64,000 nt of DNA from Octopus vulgaris (GCA_951406725.2 OX597817.1:79422001-79486000); one strand, 5' to 3'; numbered from the stretch's first letter, positions 1-13,849 are shown. Program-made: numbers and translations. Notes: generated from the sequence alone by a model not told the origin.

Positions 1-536
1 TAAGATGCTAATGTAGTGTAAATAATTATCTATTCAACAAGGAAACTTAATTAGATTTAATTAGAATAATGTACATCTTAGCTATGCAGTCAAGAAACTG
101 GTTGAATATTATATGTATCTACACAGTGTTTCAGATACAGTCAGTACCTGTCCTTTTCAAAACATTGATTCTTTTTGCTTTGTAACAGTACCAATTTTTG
201 CTGCTGACAGATTGGTCAATACATAAATAGAAAATGACATACACACAATATATAACTAGTATTTCTTTTGTTGACTCTACTAAGAGGAAGCACAAACTAG
301 ACTTTGTTGAGCTTAAACCTGGAAAACAGAAGGCTCAAGAAGATATACATGTAATATATAATTGGTAGTTATTCTATCGAGTTCATAGTAAAGTTAAAGT
401 TGATGCCAGAAAGCCTAAGCTTGGAATATGGAATGGCATCTATTCTATTGACTTTATTAGGATGAAAAGTAAAGTCAACTCCAGGATATTCAAACTCAGA
501 AAAATGAAGATCAAAGAAGACATACATGTAATATAT

Positions 537-740
537 TCTTTCCTACTCTAGGCACAAGGCCTGAAATTTTGGGGGAGGGGTCCAGTTGATTAGATCAACT
601 GCAGTACTATAATTTATGGACCCCAAAAGAATGAAAGGCAAAGTTGACCTTGGCAGAATTTGAACTCAGAGTATAAAATGAAACGAAATATTGCTAAGCA
701 TTTTGCCCGGCATTCAAATGTTTCTGCTAGCTTGCTGCCT
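537..740 (-). mobile_element. SINE family A copy (tRNA-derived, cephalopod-type)
   Basis: Reverse complement of recurring consensus (aaggcggcgagctggcagaa...ctgagttcaaattccgccgaggtcgactttgcctttcatcc); flanked by near-duplicated tacatgtaa(t/c)ata, a probable TSD. Confidence 0.8.
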
Positions 741-767
741 TATACATGTAACATAATTAGGCCTGTC

Positions 768-977
768 AAGGCAATGGACTAGCAGAATTGTTAGTATGCT
801 GGGCAAAATGCTTAGCAACATTCATCCATCTTTACGATCTGAGTTCAAATTCTGTCATGGTTAACATTGCCTTTCATCCCTTCAGGGTCGATAAAATAAG
901 TACCAGTTATGCAGTAGAGTCGATGAAATCGATTTACCTACCCACTTTGCTGACCATGTGCCAAAATTTGAAACCAG
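768..977 (+). mobile_element. SINE family A copy
   Basis: Matches consensus: gcagaattgttag...ctgagttcaaattc...gcctttcatccc...ccaaaatttgaaacc. Confidence 0.75.
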
Positions 978-1252
978 TACAGTAGAAGCTTAACCTGGTT
1001 TCCATGGCATATATATGACTGAGATGATAACACTCTCTCCCGAACAGGGCACCAGTCCCTCACAAGGATAACTTCCCAGCTATTGCTGGAACTCATTTTA
1101 CAATTAAGTGGAATAGAGTAATATGAATTGATGTGCTTTGCTCAAGAAAAAAATGCACTGTCCAGTCTGGGAATTGAAACCATGATCTTACAATTAAAAG
1201 CATAGCATCTAAAGGCTTGTACCTTTACTTTATATAATATATAACTGGTATT

Positions 1253-1470
1253 AGGGTTGCAAGCTGGTATAATCATTAGCATCACCAGGCAAAATGCTTA
1301 GCAGTATTTCATATTTTTATGTTCTGAGTTCAAATTCCGCTGATGTTGACTTTGCTTTTCATCCTTTTGGGGTCAATCAAATAGCTACCAGTGAAACACT
1401 AGGATCGACATAAATTGACTTGACCCATTTCTCAAAATTGCAGGCCTTGTGTCAAAACTTGAAACCAATA
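1253..1470 (+). mobile_element. SINE family A copy
   Basis: Same consensus motifs; tatataactgg on both flanks (probable TSD). Confidence 0.75.
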
Positions 1471-2351
1471 TATAACTGGAATTTATTCTATCGATTTCTT
1501 TCGAATAATACCAGAAGGCTTAATCATAGAATATAAATGGTCAAAACAAACTATTGTCAAACCATAACTCTGATATTCTTTTGTTTCTTTCAGCTTAAAT
1601 GCTCTCTCAAGAAGAATTGTATTGATTTATTTCAGTTTCGAATATTCAAATATGAGTGATATTTGTCACATGAGCATATAGGTGATGACTTAACTGTTTT
1701 ATAATTTTTATACTTATTCTATTGAACCAACTGGGATTAAGGAGATAAATACAACCTTAGTAAAAGTAGAGCAGAACTTAGGAAATGAGATGAAATAAAG
1801 AAAGAATCCAGATTGATCATATGCTCTTCTAAAGTATCAGTCCCCAAAATTTATGGAATTATCAGTTGTGGAGAAGTATTAAGATTATTTGGGAATTAAG
1901 TGTCTGGTGAATCAGGATCAAGTGTTTGATACAGTATTTTTCAGGTAACATCTGATGCTAACCCATTTTATTGGGCATTGTCTGAAACAATGGTTGTCAA
2001 CAGGGATCTATAATGGCCCCTGAGTGCCCATATAAGATTTTTGGAGGTCCATACAACAAAGTGGTTGGTAAGCAAGCTACTTACCACACAGCCACTCCTA
2101 TGCCTATTACTATGTAAATATAAAACATACATTCACTCATACACATACACACATAACACACACACACATATCTGTGTGTGTGTGCGCGTATTATGATTGT
2201 CATTTATTATCCTCTTTTTATGGCTGACATGGATCAGATGAAATTAGTCGAGGCAGATTTTCTACAGCTGGATGCTCATCTTGTCGCCACCCTTCACCTG
2301 TATCCAAATAAGGTAATATTTTCTTATGACCAGACATGCTTTTACAAAAGA

Positions 2352-2567
2352 TTGGAAATTAACAACCCCGCTTGTATGATTGTGACACTCGTTTACAACT
2401 ATCACTCGATGTGCAGACAAGGAGATATTCACACAACCACACACAGATAAACACGTACACACATACACCCATATGTGTGTGGTTGTGTGAATATCTCCTT
2501 GTCTGCACATCGAGTGATAGTTGTAAACGAGTGCCACAATCATACAAGCGGGGTTGTTCATTTCCAA
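2352..2567. repeat. Near-perfect inverted repeat (~93-bp arms, ~30-bp spacer)
   Basis: aacaaccccgcttgtatgattgtgacactcgtttacaactatcactcgatgtgcagacaaggagatattcacacaaccacacac is mirrored at 2474-2567 with only a few mismatches. Confidence 0.95.
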
Positions 2568-2816
2568 GAGATGCAGCACGAATTTTTGTCAGTGAACAGG
2601 TCGCGGTCTTAAAGCGCCGAAAATATTTTGACAAATTAAACTTAAATGTTGAAGTGAATCGAACGGCTTTTGTGCGTTTCTTAAATGGCTTACAAACACA
2701 TTCCACACTGCAATTATTTTCGTTTCAGCACACGATCTCAGATCAAATCACTTGCTATGCAAGTACATCTCTGTAATATATATATATATATATATCATAT
2801 ATAAAATAGGCTTCTT

Positions 2817-2960
2817 TCCAAAGCCATCCTTCAGGGCACTGTTGAGGGAGGGCGAAAGAGAAGGAGACAGATAAAATCAGGGTCTGACAACATCAAGGAT
2901 TGGACAGAGAACAGTGGTGGCCCAATCACTGGCTGCACTAGTTAAGTGAACTTCATGATG
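2817..2960 (+). mobile_element. RTE-clade LINE 3' fragment
   Basis: Translates as SKAILQGTVEGGRKRRRQIKSGSDNIKDWT, typical of the RTE/BovB ORF2 C-terminus (ILQG.VEG.R.RGR..K.W.DNIK.WT). Confidence 0.7.
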
Positions 2961-3005
2961 ATACAGTTTGTTTCTTTATATAACCTGGGTCTATAGCAGA
3001 AGTTG

Positions 3006-3260
3006 TGGAGGCACGTGGCCTAGTGGTTAGGGTGTCAGCACCATGATCGCAAGATTGTCGTTTCAATTCCTGGACTGGGCGACGTGTTATGTTTTTGAGC
3101 AAAACACTTCATTTCACATTGCTCCAGTCCACTCAGCTGGCAAAGATGAGTAACGCTGCGATGGACTGGTGTCCAATGCATCTGGGGAACACATACGCCA
3201 TAGAAACCAGGAAAATCAGGCCCATGAGCCTGGTTAGGCTTTAAAGGGGCGCATTTATTT
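3006..3260 (+). mobile_element. tRNA-derived SINE family C copy
   Basis: A box tggcctagtggttagg and B box gtttcaattcc, followed by ttgagcaaaacact body shared with other copies. Confidence 0.75.
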
Positions 3261-4126
3261 ATTATAGCAGAATAAATAAATGCGCCAAGTGGAATTGAAC
3301 TTGCAGCAAAAAACTTGGGAAGTAAGCTTCCTAACCACATAGCCATGCCTGCGCCAAGCAGCAATCTGGCACCAGATTAAAAAATAGTCTGATGAAACAT
3401 TAAAAGCATGTGGGAACAAAGTACACAATATAGATCAACACATCTAGATATTACAATTGCCTTTCACTTCAATAAGTAACTAATATTAGGTTTAACATCA
3501 TAGCTAAAACCATAATGACAAATTCACTCCCCACTAAGGTGTCAGTGCCAATTTTCACAATCTTGCATAGGCTGGCCATTTTAGCAGTAGGACACATCTT
3601 CATTTGATATCCAGAGTCACCTCATCAGATATTCCCATCTGCATTCACTTGGTCTTTTTGTGTGTGTTTGTGTTTTAAGCCTATAAAGATGACAAATAAC
3701 TTAAGCTTCAGTTTCATTATAACTCAGAAAGATCAAACTAAACACTGCTTGATATTTTAATCAATTGTTTCTATATTTCTATCCCTTTCCAATCTAGTGT
3801 TTAATATGATTAATATAATCTTGTTGAAATTAATATTGATACATATCTTCTACTGGAAAGCAATATTAATTGCAACAAGAGGGGTTAATTCACCCAACAA
3901 CGGGGTTATTTCACAGATAAATTGGAACTTTGGATTAAATGTAATATAATATTAATGACATAAGTAGCCGCAAGGAATTTCTATCTGATGGTGCCTGGCT
4001 TTACTTCCATGATTCAAGCAAACAAGAGATAAATCTCTCCAAGGATTGTATTCTATGTTACTGCCAATAATATTTGCATATCATAGGGTACGTATTCCCA
4101 ACAGTAAATTTGATATACTGCTAAAT

Positions 4127-4396
4127 CAGGGGTCAGCAAATTTCTTATGTCATTGATAGCTTATCAACCCCATCATGAAATTTTTTTTAATAAAAACTGA
4201 AAAGTATAATTAATATAAAAGTTCTTAACTTAAAAATAATAAATTCTTCTTTCCTTTGCCACTTCATAATGAGAAATACTTGAAGGAATTTAATGAAAAG
4301 ACTTAAAGAAATTGTTAAAGAACAATAAAATATTGGTTTATAGGACCCCATCTCACTTCAAAAAAAAAAAACATTACATGAGCCGCACTTATTACA

Positions 4397-4431
<35 letters not shown>

Positions 4432-4567
4432 TGCTGCTGCTTTGCTGCTACCACTACTGCTGCTGTCATTACTACTACTATTACTACCACTGCTGGTGCT
4501 GTCACTACTACTACTATTACTACCACTGCTGCTGTTGCTGCTACCACCGCTGCTGCTGCTGCTGCTG

Positions 4568-4603
<36 letters not shown>

Positions 4604-4843
4604 TTTTCTCAGAATATTTAATGTTAATATTAAATATGTGTTTGGTGAATACTAGTTATACCATTGATATTTGACTGGAAATTAGTGAGTTTTAGTCTTA
4701 CATTAATTACTGTACTCTTTTGGATCCATTTTACTAATAATTCAACACTCTTAATGCTCAAAATCATTTCAGGTGATTATTGACTCCTGAGATAGCCACA
4801 TAGACCTCTGGGAGGTAATACTAACCACTTTGCTGAAACTCTG
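4127..4843. mobile_element. Old hAT-like MITE (degenerate)
   Basis: caggggtcagcaaa ... tttgctgaaactctg imperfect TIRs; TSD degenerate. Confidence 0.4.
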
Positions 4844-5363
4844 GTTGAAATAAACACATGTTAACATTCAAGAAGTAGATTCAAGCTCAGTCCAGATGAG
4901 CTGGTAATCTAATGTTACATCTTACTCGACAATACTATATATTTTATGGTGTTTAGTTTTGTTTCTTATTTTATCAACCCTGAAAGAATGAAAGGCAAAG
5001 TTAATTTCATTGGAATGTGAATGCAAAAGTAAGGCTAGAAGAAATACTATAAAACACTTTGTCCAGCTTGGTAACAATTCAACATGCTTACAACACAAAT
5101 AATAATAATAATAATAATAATGATAATAATGATAAAAATAATAATAATAATATTAATGATGATGATGATTTTTTTTAAAATACATATTTTACCCTGTGAA
5201 TTTGCATGTGTAATCTGGGAAGGCATACAATGAGCTTCTCTGCCTTAGGTGTATGGAAAACGCTTGGTGAGAAATGGAAGAAAATTTGAAGAAAGAAGGA
5301 AAGTAGTAATAATAATAACAATAATGATAATAATAATAATGATAATAATAATAATAATAATAA

Positions 5364-5570
5364 TCCTTTCTACGAAAGGCACAAAGCCTGAAATTTGGGG
5401 GAGGAGCCTCGTCAATTACATCGACCACAGTGTTTCACTGGTACTTAATTTATCGACCTCAAAAGGATGAAAGGCAAAGTTGAACTCAGCAGAATTTGAA
5501 AGTAGCAACAGATGAAATGCCACTAAGCATTTTGCCCAGTGTTCTAATGATTCTGCAAGCTCACCACCTT
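5364..5570 (-). mobile_element. SINE family A copy
   Basis: Reverse complement of consensus, adjacent to (AAT)n. Confidence 0.75.
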
Positions 5571-5837
5571 TCTGCTAGTAATAATAATAAACAGAAAATA
5601 TCATCATAAACTTAGAGAAACATTCTTAAAATAAAAAATATAGCAGATATTGAAAGATATTTAACCCTTTAGAATTTAAACCAGCCAAATATTCTTCCTG
5701 GCCCAAATTTTCTTCCTGTTTTATGATGTTCAAATTGACCAGATTCAGCTTCTCACACCTACCCTATCCAACAGTTGTCACTCTAAGCACACATATATAT
5801 ATATTTATATATACAGAGCAAGAGAAAGAGAGAGAGA

Positions 5838-5999
5838 GGTGCAAGAGTGACTGTGTGGTAAGTAGCTTGCTTACCAACCACATGGTTCCAGTTTCAGTCC
5901 CACTGCATGGCACCTGGGGCAAGTGTCTTCTACTATAGCCTCGGGCCGACCAAAGCCTTGTGAGTGGAATTGGTTGACAGAAACTGAAAGAAGCCTGTC

Positions 6000-6087
<88 letters not shown>

Positions 6088-6320
6088 GTATGTATGTGTG
6101 TGTATATGTTTGTTTGTCTGTGTTTGTCCCCTCAACATTGCTTGACAACCGATGCTGGTGTTTTTATGTCACCCGTAACTTAGTGGTTTGGCAAAAGAGA
6201 GTGATATAATAAGTACTAGGTTTACAAAGAATAAGTCCTGGGGTGGATTTGCTTGACTAAAGGCAGTGCTCCAGCATGGCTGCAGTCAAATGACTGAAAC
6301 AAGTAAAAAGAGTAAAAAAA
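5838..6320 (+). mobile_element. SINE family B copy with internal (TA)n
   Basis: gtggtaagtagcttgcttaccaaccacatggttcc...gaaactgaaagaagcctgtcg-(TA)n-...gactaaaggcagtgctccagcatggctgcagtcaaatgactgaaac. Confidence 0.8.
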
Positions 6321-8592
6321 ATAGAGTATATATATGTATATATATATGTATGTATGTGTGTATATATATAAACGTATATATATATGTGTGTATACATACA
6401 TGTATACATATATGTAGGTGTGTGTGTGTGTGTATATATATATAAAGTGTGTTTTGAGCATTTACAGAACACGTATCCAATAGAAACTCACACACACACA
6501 CACACACTAACACACACTAGTGTAACCATAGCAGATAATGAACACTAATGAGTGTGTTATAATGTTGGGAAAATACAGCCAAATAAGAGAGATAAAGAGA
6601 GAAGGAGAAAAAGAAAATGAGAGAGAGAGAGAGAGAGAAATAGAGATAAAGAGATAGATAGATGAGCATTTGATTTTTATCAATAATGTAACCAAACTAA
6701 ATAATGAACATTAGCAACCAAGTTATACTGTCCAATCGAATACTGAGAAAAATAAAATGATAGATGTATAAATTGAGAGAAATAAAGTAAGAAAGGAAGA
6801 TAAAGAGAAAGAGAGAGAGAAAGAAAGAGCGACAAAGAGAACTAGAGCAATATAGAGAAAGATAGTGAGAAGGTGAGATGAAGATTCAATCATTATCTTT
6901 CTAACAGTATAGAAACAACAGCTTTTTAAATCACATCATACAATGTGCTCCAGCAGATTCTTGATTTTATCATAATTATGGAAATGCCTCCTTGCAGAGT
7001 TGAAATACATTTCTGGCTGCTTTCTCAGTCATCGTTGAAATTTCCATAAAATCATTCAGTGGATGGATGGGTGGATGGATGGATGAATGGGTTGGGTTGG
7101 TTGGTTGGTTGGTTGGTTGGTGAGGGAGGTGTGGGAAAATCTCATAATGGGGAATAAACCTCTGAAACATACCACTGACCTCTTTAACTTATCATTAATA
7201 TGTGTTCTGCGCATTTTCAAATTTTCCACATGTTCAGGTTGTTCAGTGGTATTACGGACACTTCAAAACTATCTAAATTTATAATATAAATCTGAAATTA
7301 TCTAACTCATTAGAGTGTAAGTTTTAAATTGATTTGTGATTTTGTAGTCTCTAAAGAATTTAATGTAACTAGCATTATTAATTGCTATCTCAAATTGTCT
7401 CTGTGGTTTAGCTTCAATGGTCAGTGTGCCAGTATTCCAAGAACTGTAAAGCAATTACATTGGCTGCCAAACCTTTACTTCTATAGAAGACTCAATCAAG
7501 AGAAATTCTAGGCAAATTTAAAACGCCTGCTCAAGAGAATATTGGCATGATTATAGAATGCAATCACTTACAAAATCAATGAAACAAGCAAAACGAGAAT
7601 GTTTTGACCTTCAAATAAAGATAGAGATTTCTCGGACCACTACTCTGTATTACTTTTCGTCCCTTGTCGTTTTTAAATTGCTTTACGTATGTCTTAAAGC
7701 AGTATTCATTAGAGAAACCCAGTAATTCTAGGCTAATATCTAAGACTTTTACTACACATTTAGAGGGAGAATTTACCGGAGGTTAATTAAAAGTTAATTC
7801 GCAGTTACTTTTGCAGGATTATCCTTTCCATTTAAAACAAGCCCAGTGTTGGCTAGATTGATTTTACCAGCAAATAATTTCCTTCATGTAGCCAATAGGC
7901 AATACTTTGGAATTAAATATCAACATTACATTTCTTAATGAGTATCAGAAGAATTTTTACTTTTTATACATATTTTATACATATTCTTCATATGATGGTC
8001 TAATTTCACTTATAATGTCTTCAACATTTTCGGATAAATCAATTTTGGTTTTTATTATTTTACAAATTTTATCTGTAGATGAATGACAATTCGGATGGAT
8101 TGTGTGAAGAAGTCAAAAAATAATCAACAGATATTATTGCAAGCAATATGTAACAAGTTAATCCAAAGCCCCACTAACTAGAGAACAATCGAGCATTACC
8201 ATGAATTTATACCTTTCATCCATGAGATAATATATCCATGCTTAAACTATGTTTTTCTCACTGCTAAAGGACACTGGGTTGTATATAAATACTAAGATTT
8301 CGTCAAAATCAATAATGTAAAGTAGCGATAACATGGTTACATTAACAGGTGAATATTTTTTGCATGTTCTGTGGCCACTTGCCATGCTGAATGCAAATAG
8401 TGTGATGGAATTAACTTGAAGAAGGATGTGTTCTCTAAGACTCAGTTGCTATAGACATGTTGAATAAAGACAAATATTTCATCTTTGTCCAAGGAATCCA
8501 ATGGGACTGGAAAGTGAAGACCAATGCCAGCACAACACACACACCAAGATAGGAATGCCTATATATATATATATATATATATATGTACATAC

Positions 8593-8625
<33 letters not shown>

Positions 8626-8830
8626 GTTAATCCAAACACGAAAACACAAAGAGAAAACACAACAACGCGAGGACGTGGAACAAATATAGTATTATTGGAC
8701 ACTCAGGAAAGAAGGAAAGAAGGAGGGTTTAACGTTTCGAGCGGAGCTCTTTGTCAGAAACATAGGAGAAGGAAAGGTCCAGAGAAGGGAAGACAGAGGA
8801 AAAAAAATTGCCAACGGTACACACGCAGTA
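8626..8830 (-). mobile_element. Short Penelope-derived (pLTR-like) element carrying a hammerhead, inserted in TA-rich microsatellite
   Basis: Unique ~200-bp island between TA/CA microsatellites; contains HHR and downstream motif ttcctgagYgt..aatac shared with 13844-14085 and 63527-63685. Confidence 0.65.
8727..8761 (-). ncRNA. Minimal type-I hammerhead ribozyme (G8>A variant)
   Basis: Minus strand: GUUU CUGACAA A GAGC-ucc-GCUC GAAA CG UU^ AAAC; stem I GUUU/AAAC, stem II 4 bp, palindromic stem III ACGU. Confidence 0.75.
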
Positions 8831-8874
8831 CACATACATATATATATATAGATATATACATATATAGACATACA

Positions 8875-8912
<38 letters not shown>

Positions 8913-8913
8913 C

Positions 8914-8958
<45 letters not shown>

Positions 8959-9306
8959 CATACATACATAAATATATATATATGTAAATATATGTGTGTG
9001 CGTGTGCATGTGTGTGTTTCCTCTTTAAGAGCATGTGTGTTTGAAGCGATTTAACATAAGCACTCACACACTAGAAAAAACTTCTTCCCCAAAAGTTTAG
9101 TAACATCCTCATAAAAGATTTCCTAACAATTTTTTAAGCACCAATATTTTTTTAAAATCAGCTGTGCACTTCAAAAACTGTATTAAGTAATCCTCATAGA
9201 CTTTCAAATATATATCTTAGTGTGTATTGTATATGTATATCTGTCTATTTATTGATCTTTCTGTCTAACTATCAATCTATAAATGTGCCTCTTTTTCTAT
9301 CTATTA

Positions 9307-9340
<34 letters not shown>

Positions 9341-9365
9341 TTATCTATCTATCAATCTATCTATC

Positions 9366-9434
<69 letters not shown>

Positions 9435-9516
9435 ATGTGTGTGTGTATGTGTGTGTGTGTCTGAGCCTTGCTAGCATGGAAGTCAGATGTTAAATGATGA
9501 TGATGATGATAATGAT

Positions 9517-9549
<33 letters not shown>

Positions 9550-9799
9550 CACATATACATACATACATATACATATTTGAATTTATTTACATATGTATGT
9601 ATTGGAGTGTTTTCACATGTGCAAATCATGTATATTTATAAATAAATAGATACAGGTAGATATATGTTATATATCTGTGAGTGCATGATTGCTTGCAAGT
9701 TTATATGCATTTGTGTACACGTGCATTGTGTGTGTAGATTGGGGAAAAAAATGTAACAATGTGGTACTCATTGAAAAGTACAGTCAGTTATATCAATTA

Positions 9800-10328
9800 C
9801 TAGCAGTATAACCCGGCTTTGCCCGGGATTAAGTTAGGATTATTTAGCTAATCATGTTCTTTATTTCAAACCAAACTAAGTAACATCAATGTCAAATTTG
9901 GGCAAAATCTGTTGAAATTGGTTTATATATATACATACACCTATTGCATACATGTTTTTTGTATCTATACATGTTTGTGTGTGCGTGTGTGTGTGTATGT
10001 GTTGCCTGTATATCAACAAAACACTTTTTCCTCGATGGAAAAACACCCAACAAAAGTCTTAACAAAAACTTACTTGTCGCTAGAAGGGGACTTAACTCCT
10101 GTTTGCAAACAATGGTGATTTCTCCAATTTGAAAATTGTTAAAAGTTTTGGTTGAAAATTTATTTTTACTGCTATTCGTTGGTGCCTCTGGGAAAATAAG
10201 TTGATGAAAATATAGGTAGGGTTATGACGAATGTCCTCCTAAAACTGGAGCGACATGCGTGCTAATTTGTGGATGTGCGTAAATTACATTCTCACACACA
10301 CACACATCCTGCCTTTTATATATACAGA
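9800..10328 (-). mobile_element. Non-autonomous Helitron
   Basis: Minus strand: 5' A^TCtgtatatataaaagg, 3' hairpin cccgggcaaagccggg then CTAG^T; no TSD. Confidence 0.8.
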
Positions 10329-10499
10329 TATCAATAGAAAGCAGAATCAATCTGTGAGAAACTTGTAATCAGAATATGAAGGGATGAACCCAAATAACTC
10401 ATGGTACTTTTATTTACATTTAGTGACAGAGTTAATGATAGATAGGCTTATATATTTCTTTGTATATAAATATAAAAAGAATAAATACACACAAATTCA

Positions 10500-10962
10500 A
10501 ATATGCTTAGCTGTGTAAAGAAATGCTGAGTTCCAATTGTAGAGGGTGCTTGTGAAAGGGGTAGACCCAGGAAGACAAGGGATGATGTCATGAGAAAGGA
10601 TCATCAGATGCTGGGCCTCAATGACCAGGGGATGCGGCAATTTGTTGTACTTGATAAGATACATGAAGCTAAGTAAATCTCTGTCTTTCACACATACAAG
10701 CTTGTCCATTCAGGTACCAGTGCCACATGCTGTGTAAATACAACCACGTCGGTGCTGTGTAAGTGTACCCATGCTGGTGGCATGTGAAAAGCCCCTCCCC
10801 AGCACACTCTGTAAAGTGGTTGACGTTAGGAAGGGCATCCAGCCATAGAAACCATGCTACAACAGACAGTTGGTGTTTGGACAGCTCTCAACTGACCAGC
10901 TCCATATCAAACTGTCCAACCCATACCAGAATGGAAAGCAGACATTAAACAATGATGATGAT
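10500..10962 (+). mobile_element. RTE-like LINE 3' end with (ATG)n tail
   Basis: Translates VPIVEGACERGRPRKTRDDVMRKDHQMLGL (GRPRKTW-type motif), followed by 3' tail ...ccaacccat..catggaaagcagacattaaac-(gat)n. Confidence 0.6.
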
Positions 10963-11029
10963 GAGGAGGAGGACACAGATATACATACAAACATAAATGG
11001 ACCAATATATATATATATATATATAAGCG

Positions 11030-11620
11030 CAAGTGTGACCATAACCTTGTGGCCTATGCTAGGGGTGTAACCAGTCCACTAGTGCATGCCTTTTCTTCAC
11101 TGGACACTAAACTCTGCTTGTGAAGACCAGTTGAGCCAAGTGAAATCGAAGTCAAAATCAAATTTGGTGACTGGCATCCGTTGCTAGTGGAGCGCTAAGT
11201 GTACAATACAAGTGAGATCGTTGCCAGAGCAACAAGCTGGCCTCTGTGCTAATGGCACGTTAATACACCATTCAAGTGTGATCGTTACCGCGTCGCCTTA
11301 CCAGCACTTGTGCTGGTGGCATATGAAATATTCGAGCGAGGCCGTCGCCAGTGCCGCTGGACTGGCTCCTATGCAGGTGGCACGTAAAAGGTACCATTTG
11401 GGCGTGGCCGTTGCCAGTACCACCAAACTGGTCCTCGTGCCAGTGGGATATAAAAGTACCCACTACACTCTCGGAGTGGTTGGCATTAGGAAGGGCATCC
11501 AGCTGTAGAAACTCTGTCAGATCAGATTGGAGTCTGGTTCGCCAGACCTCAGTCAAATCAACCAACCCATGCTAGCATGAAAAGTGGACGTTAAATGATG
11601 ATGATGATGATGATGATGAT
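11030..11620 (+). mobile_element. RTE-tailed SINE/retroposon (family E)
   Basis: Shares 3' tail (gagtggttggcattaggaagggcatccagc...aacccatgctagcatg...ttaaatgatgatg) with 10800-10960 and 9465-9510. Confidence 0.65.
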
Positions 11621-11652
11621 ATATATATATATAATTCATTTCTTGAATAAAG

Positions 11653-11701
11653 TCCAACCCATGCTAGCATGGAAAGCGAGCACTAAATGATGATGATGAT
11701 G
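11653..11701 (+). mobile_element. Extremely 5'-truncated retroposon (~50 bp) with 15-bp TSD
   Basis: tccaacccatgctagcatggaaagcgagcactaaatgatgatg flanked by atttcttgaataaag at 11638-11652 and 11702-11716. Confidence 0.8.
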
Positions 11702-11858
11702 ATTTCTTGAATAAAGGTTCTTGAAGTACATCATATACAGGTATATAAAAAAGAGGAGGTAAATATTGGGTTGAAAAATCCTTATGGATATTTACATGTT
11801 ATTCTTTATAGGTGTATATGATGTACTTTGAGAACCATTATTTGAAAAAGCGAATTAT
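11702..11858. repeat. Imperfect palindrome / small MITE-like element
   Basis: ttcttgaataaaggttcttgaagtacatcatatacaggtata is inverted as tataggtgtatatgatgtactttgagaaccattatttgaaaaa. Confidence 0.7.
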
Positions 11859-12397
11859 TTCATGCTCTCTTGAAAGCTTACAAAATTCTTAAGACTTCAA
11901 CAACTCACACACATGCATACATATATTTAGAGAGAGAGAGACAAGAGAGAGAAAGAGAGAGAGATGGATAAATAGAACGAATGATAGATACATATATATC
12001 TATATATATGTATATACGTATATGTATATATGTGTGTGTATATATATATATACACATATATATGTGTGTGTGTGTGTATACATATGTATATATACAATCA
12101 TATATAGGCACACAAAATATATATATACTCACACTGAATACATGTACATATATACATGTGCATGAAATCATATACAAACACACACACACACATATATATA
12201 TATGTAAATGGGTAAGTATATACTAATGCTTCAATCTGTGTATGATGTATGTGCATGTGAAAGTACACATGAAAAAGGTGTGCAAGTGAGAAAGGGAGAC
12301 AGAGAGAAAAGTGATAGAATGATAAAGAGAAAGGAAGAGCGAGAGGTGGAGAGGGGGAGAGAGCTATTATGTTTTTGAACATTGATTTTGTTCTTAC

Positions 12398-12417
12398 CTG
12401 AGGCAACAAATGTTTGT
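12398..12417 (-). other. Candidate 20-nt microexon
   Basis: Minus strand: ttttaac (branch-like) tctataatttgcttccAG|acaaacatttgttgcctcag|GTAAGA. Confidence 0.35.
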
Positions 12418-12599
12418 CTGGAAGCAAATTATAGAGTTAAAACAAGTTTCTATGCCATTAAATACAACTATTCTCTATACAATATATGTGTGTATGCATA
12501 TGTTTGTGTGTATATTACAGGATATACCTCTTTCTCACTATTTGTCTATGTGTGAATATATATGTGTGGTTGTGTGTATGGAAATATCTAGTCTGATAT

Positions 12600-12625
12600 A
12601 TAAAGTATGTATGTATGTATCTATC

Positions 12626-12675
<50 letters not shown>

Positions 12676-12755
12676 TATATAAATATGTGTATATATATAT
12701 ATATATATACATACATATATATGTATATACATATATATATACACATAAATATACG

Positions 12756-12798
<43 letters not shown>

Positions 12799-13000
12799 CA
12801 CATACACATACATACACACACATATATATACATATATGCGTATATAGATATATATATGTATTCATATTTATACACATGTAAATATACATATGCACACATA
12901 AATATGTATGTATAAATATATATACATACACACACATATATCTACATATATGTGTATATACATATATATATGTATTCATACTTATATATGTATAAATATG

Positions 13001-13058
<58 letters not shown>

Positions 13059-13310
13059 TATATTTACACATACATACATATAGTGTGTGTATATATATAT
13101 ATATAATATATATGATATATATGTATTTTATCTACATATACATATGCAAGTATGCATATTAATTTATATGTATGCATATATGTATTATACATATGTATGT
13201 GCATATGTACATGAATACACACACATATGTGTGTGTATTATACATATGTATAATATATGTGTATGTATGTGCATATGTACATGAATACACACACATATGT
13301 GTGTGTATTT
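12600..13310. repeat. Compound (TA)n/(CA)n/(TATG)n microsatellite
   Basis: Directly visible. Confidence 0.95.
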
Positions 13311-13811
13311 GTTTGTGGTGTATGGCAGATGTTTATAAAGTAAATTACAAAAGTTATATGTTAATCATATTGTTGTCACTAACACCTAAATCTATAATAC
13401 ATTTTACAAACACACACCTTACCTTCTTTCTTCTGTCTATGGTTCATGCATATATGCAAGTCATATATGCAAAAGCAGTTAGAAACAGACACCTATTAAT
13501 TCATAACTGTACGAGTTGGTGTTGAAGAGAACCAACCAAACAACAGAACCCACCAATCTACCAACCAACCAACCTGCAAGCTACTCAGCCAGCCAACCTG
13601 CCGGTCAGCAAGCCTGTTAACTGGAAAATGCTGCTGTTCACTTTTATAACGAAGTCCTTCCTTCAGTTCCTGAACTGTTCCCCTGTACAATTTGCCATGG
13701 AATAACTTTGAAAGATATGAAAGAGATGCTTCTATTTGAGGCTTAGCATGTCAACTGTCTGTTTTGCATATAAGCATCAAAACCACCCTGTACAAATACA
13801 TATGTGAGTGG

Positions 13812-13843
<32 letters not shown>

Positions 13844-13849
<6 letters not shown>

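Noticed and set aside
8079-8123. Plus-strand acceptor followed by MNDNSDGLCEEVKK*
   Set aside because: Short, no recognisable homology, no supporting neighbouring exons
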